This document shows positions 62,307 to 64,000 of a stretch of DNA of 64,000 nt, in pieces. Made by a program: the position numbers and the translations under genes. The number at the start of each line of letters is the position of its first letter. The stretch's first letter is position 1. Where the stretch lies: assembly GCA_963662315.1 (NCBI GenBank), contig OY759353.1, positions 2,112,001 through 2,176,000 of the forward strand, written 5' to 3'. Under the pieces are notes generated by a model that worked only from the letters and a program-made list of their open reading frames with translations, did no database searches and was not told the DNA's origin. The stretch comes from Geopsychrobacteraceae bacterium. GTDB lineage: Bacteria > Desulfobacterota > Desulfuromonadia > Desulfuromonadales > Geopsychrobacteraceae.

Positions 62307-62627
62307 TCATTCAAAGCTGGAATCATACTCAACCTTGGCAATTCTCGTTTTGAACGAGGAATACCACTGGTTACGACCTAAGCTTTGAGCTTTTTTATGC
62401 TCAACGTTTTCTTTCCATCTTTTTATCGACTCCAGATCGGCCCAGTATGAAACGGTAATTCCAACGTCTTCCCTGGCGGACTCAACACCAAGAAATCCCG
62501 GTTGCTGTGATGCCAGTTCAAGCATCTTTTCAGCCATCTCCCGATAGCCCTTATCACCTTCGGTGCGCTGGGATGTAAAAATTACTGCATAGTAAGGAGG
62601 CTTCGGTGTATTTGCGATAAAATTCAT
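62307..62627 (-). CDS. Antibiotic biosynthesis monooxygenase (ABM) domain protein
   Basis: TP.PPYYAVIFTS, QPGFLGVES, ITVSYW, H..AQ..GR..WY. Confidence 0.88.
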   Translation of the reverse strand: MNFIANTPKPPYYAVIFTSQRTEGDKGYREMAEKMLELASQQPGFLGVESAREDVGITVSYWADLESIKRWKENVEHKKAQSLGRNQWYSSFKTRIAKVEYDSSFE

Positions 62628-62834
62628 AGTTTCACCTTGCAGAGTATGAAGACAGCTACATTATCCCTGTCAGCGAAGCAATCTATGTCTCACCACATGC
62701 AACAGTTTGTGGTTTTAAATATATACTGATCCTCAAATCTCAATTTAAAAGGCCCATTTCTCACTGAAATGGGCCTTTCAGCTTATTTTGTGCTAAGAAA
62801 TGACGAGCTTATCAGGATTCATAACGTCGCTTAA

Positions 62835-63662
62835 TCACGGCTTAAAATAAACGACATCCGCAATACCGCGATCAACGGTTCGCGGGTATTTTACCGCTGG
62901 TTTGCCAAAAGCCATGACATAGCCGAGGAGATAATCATCGGGAATGCCAAGGCGGCGTTGCAATGAAGGAATCAGCTCATCCAGAGTCCAGGTCATCAAG
63001 CCGTTCCAGACGGTTCCGACCCCCATGCTCTGAGCATACAGTTCAAAATAGCTTAATGCGATCATGCAATCAGCGGCAGAGCAGACACCTTTTTTCGGAG
63101 CAGCGGTAACGACAATGTGCGGAGCGCCACGGAACAGAACATCGACCCGTTTTTCCTGCCAGACCTTGGCGATATCGGCAAAACGACTGCGATTTTCAGG
63201 TAGTTTCCCGGCGGCAACAAGCTCTGCCAGAGCAGTATAGACCTCGTTGCGAAAAACAGTCAGGGCATCCTTGTTATCGATGACAAAATAACGCACCTGA
63301 TCCATATTGACTCCGGTTGGAGCATGGCGGGCAACGTTCAGCAATTTCTCGATCAATGCGGGGTCAAGATTCTCATCACGGTACTGACGTACGGTACGGC
63401 GACCTTTCATCAGGGTTTCCAATTGTTCTGGATCCGGCAGGCTGTCCTTAAGGGGCAGACTGTTCGCCGGGTTATTACCGAGAATAGACAAGGCCCCCTT
63501 CGGGCAGACGGCCAAACAGTGCTGACACTGCATGCAGCGCTCTTCCTTCTCCGTAGCAATAGCGGGAAAACCTGATTCCAGAGAGATAATCTTAACCGGG
63601 CAGTCTTTGGCACACAGACCACATTGAATACAGAGGTTTTCGTCGATGGTAAATTGAAGCAT
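62835..63662 (-). CDS. Nitroreductase family protein with N-terminal 2[4Fe-4S] ferredoxin domain
   Basis: CIQCGLCAKDCP and CMQCQHCLAVCP; RRTVRQY, APTG.N. Confidence 0.92.
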   Translation of the reverse strand: MLQFTIDENLCIQCGLCAKDCPVKIISLESGFPAIATEKEERCMQCQHCLAVCPKGALSILGNNPANSLPLKDSLPDPEQLETLMKGRRTVRQYRDENLDPALIEKLLNVARHAPTGVNMDQVRYFVIDNKDALTVFRNEVYTALAELVAAGKLPENRSRFADIAKVWQEKRVDVLFRGAPHIVVTAAPKKGVCSAADCMIALSYFELYAQSMGVGTVWNGLMTWTLDELIPSLQRRLGIPDDYLLGYVMAFGKPAVKYPRTVDRGIADVVYFKP

Positions 63663-63819
63663 TACATTCTCCTGCGTTTAGTAGAATCTGGCTATATAGC
63701 TTACTCCAGAGATATCCCCAGACGGGTTTTCTTACCCGGAAAAGGAAAATTCTAGGTGCGCCCTTCTCCACTGGAGCGAACTGGATAATCATAGCGTTGA
63801 AATATATATAACCAGTGGA

Positions 63820-64000
63820 TCATAGCAGATCTACAGGCATTGCTTCAGCTGGAATTATCGCTCCGGGGTGCTGAATAACCACGGAAGCAAGACAGGCACC
63901 GGTTCTGGCTGCTGAAATCGCATCGTTTCCGGTCAACCGGGACGCCAGATAACCAGCGGCAAATGAGTCTCCCGCAGCGGTAGTATCGACCACCTTGGCA
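63820..64000 (-). CDS. kdgK: 2-keto-3-deoxygluconate kinase (PfkB family), 3' end only
   Basis: Hand translation: AKVVDTTAAGDSFAAGYLASRLTG...ASVVIQHPGAIIPAEAMPVDLL-TGA, closely resembling the KdgK C-terminus. Confidence 0.85.
   Translation of the reverse strand, partial: AKVVDTTAAGDSFAAGYLASRLTGNDAISAARTGACLASVVIQHPGAIIPAEAMPVDLL

Noticed and set aside
1..64000. CRISPR arrays, tRNA/rRNA, IS or prophage genes
   Set aside because: No regularly spaced repeats, cloverleaf, rRNA signature, transposase or integrase motif found by eye. The many short overlapping ORFs in the track are shadows of the called genes.

Overview
Chromosomal window from what appears to be an anaerobic Desulfobacterota (probably Desulfuromonadales) genome. 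That placement is inferred from protein families and motif style, not from a search. About 50 CDSs are supported. Four are missing or split in the ORF track: (1) a VgrG of more than 864 aa on the minus strand (2592 to <1) whose C-terminal extension carries a transthyretin-like segment and a FIX-like effector-marker motif; (2) a 282-aa PrdB/GrdB-like selenoprotein (21037-21885) split at an in-frame UGA in a U-G-I-C motif, followed by a SECIS-like hairpin and translationally coupled to an exported rhodanese; (3) a 58-aa winged-helix protein; (4) the 3' end of kdgK. A XylR-type sigma54 activator and an MHETase-like lipoprotein esterase lacking the CS-D-HC disulfide sit between btsSR and cstA. Other content: FMN riboswitch-ribB, a tetraheme flavocytochrome c, two MCPs, two hybrid kinases, a GGDEF protein, scattered sugar-acid genes (GntR, enolase-superfamily dehydratase, IdnO-like SDR, 2-hydroxyacid dehydrogenase, gnd, kdgK), glpX, nrdAB with NrdR boxes, def and sthA. 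There is also a candidate sRNA and several structured intergenic repeats. No rRNA, tRNA, CRISPR array or transposase was seen. All family assignments rest on motif recognition by eye.
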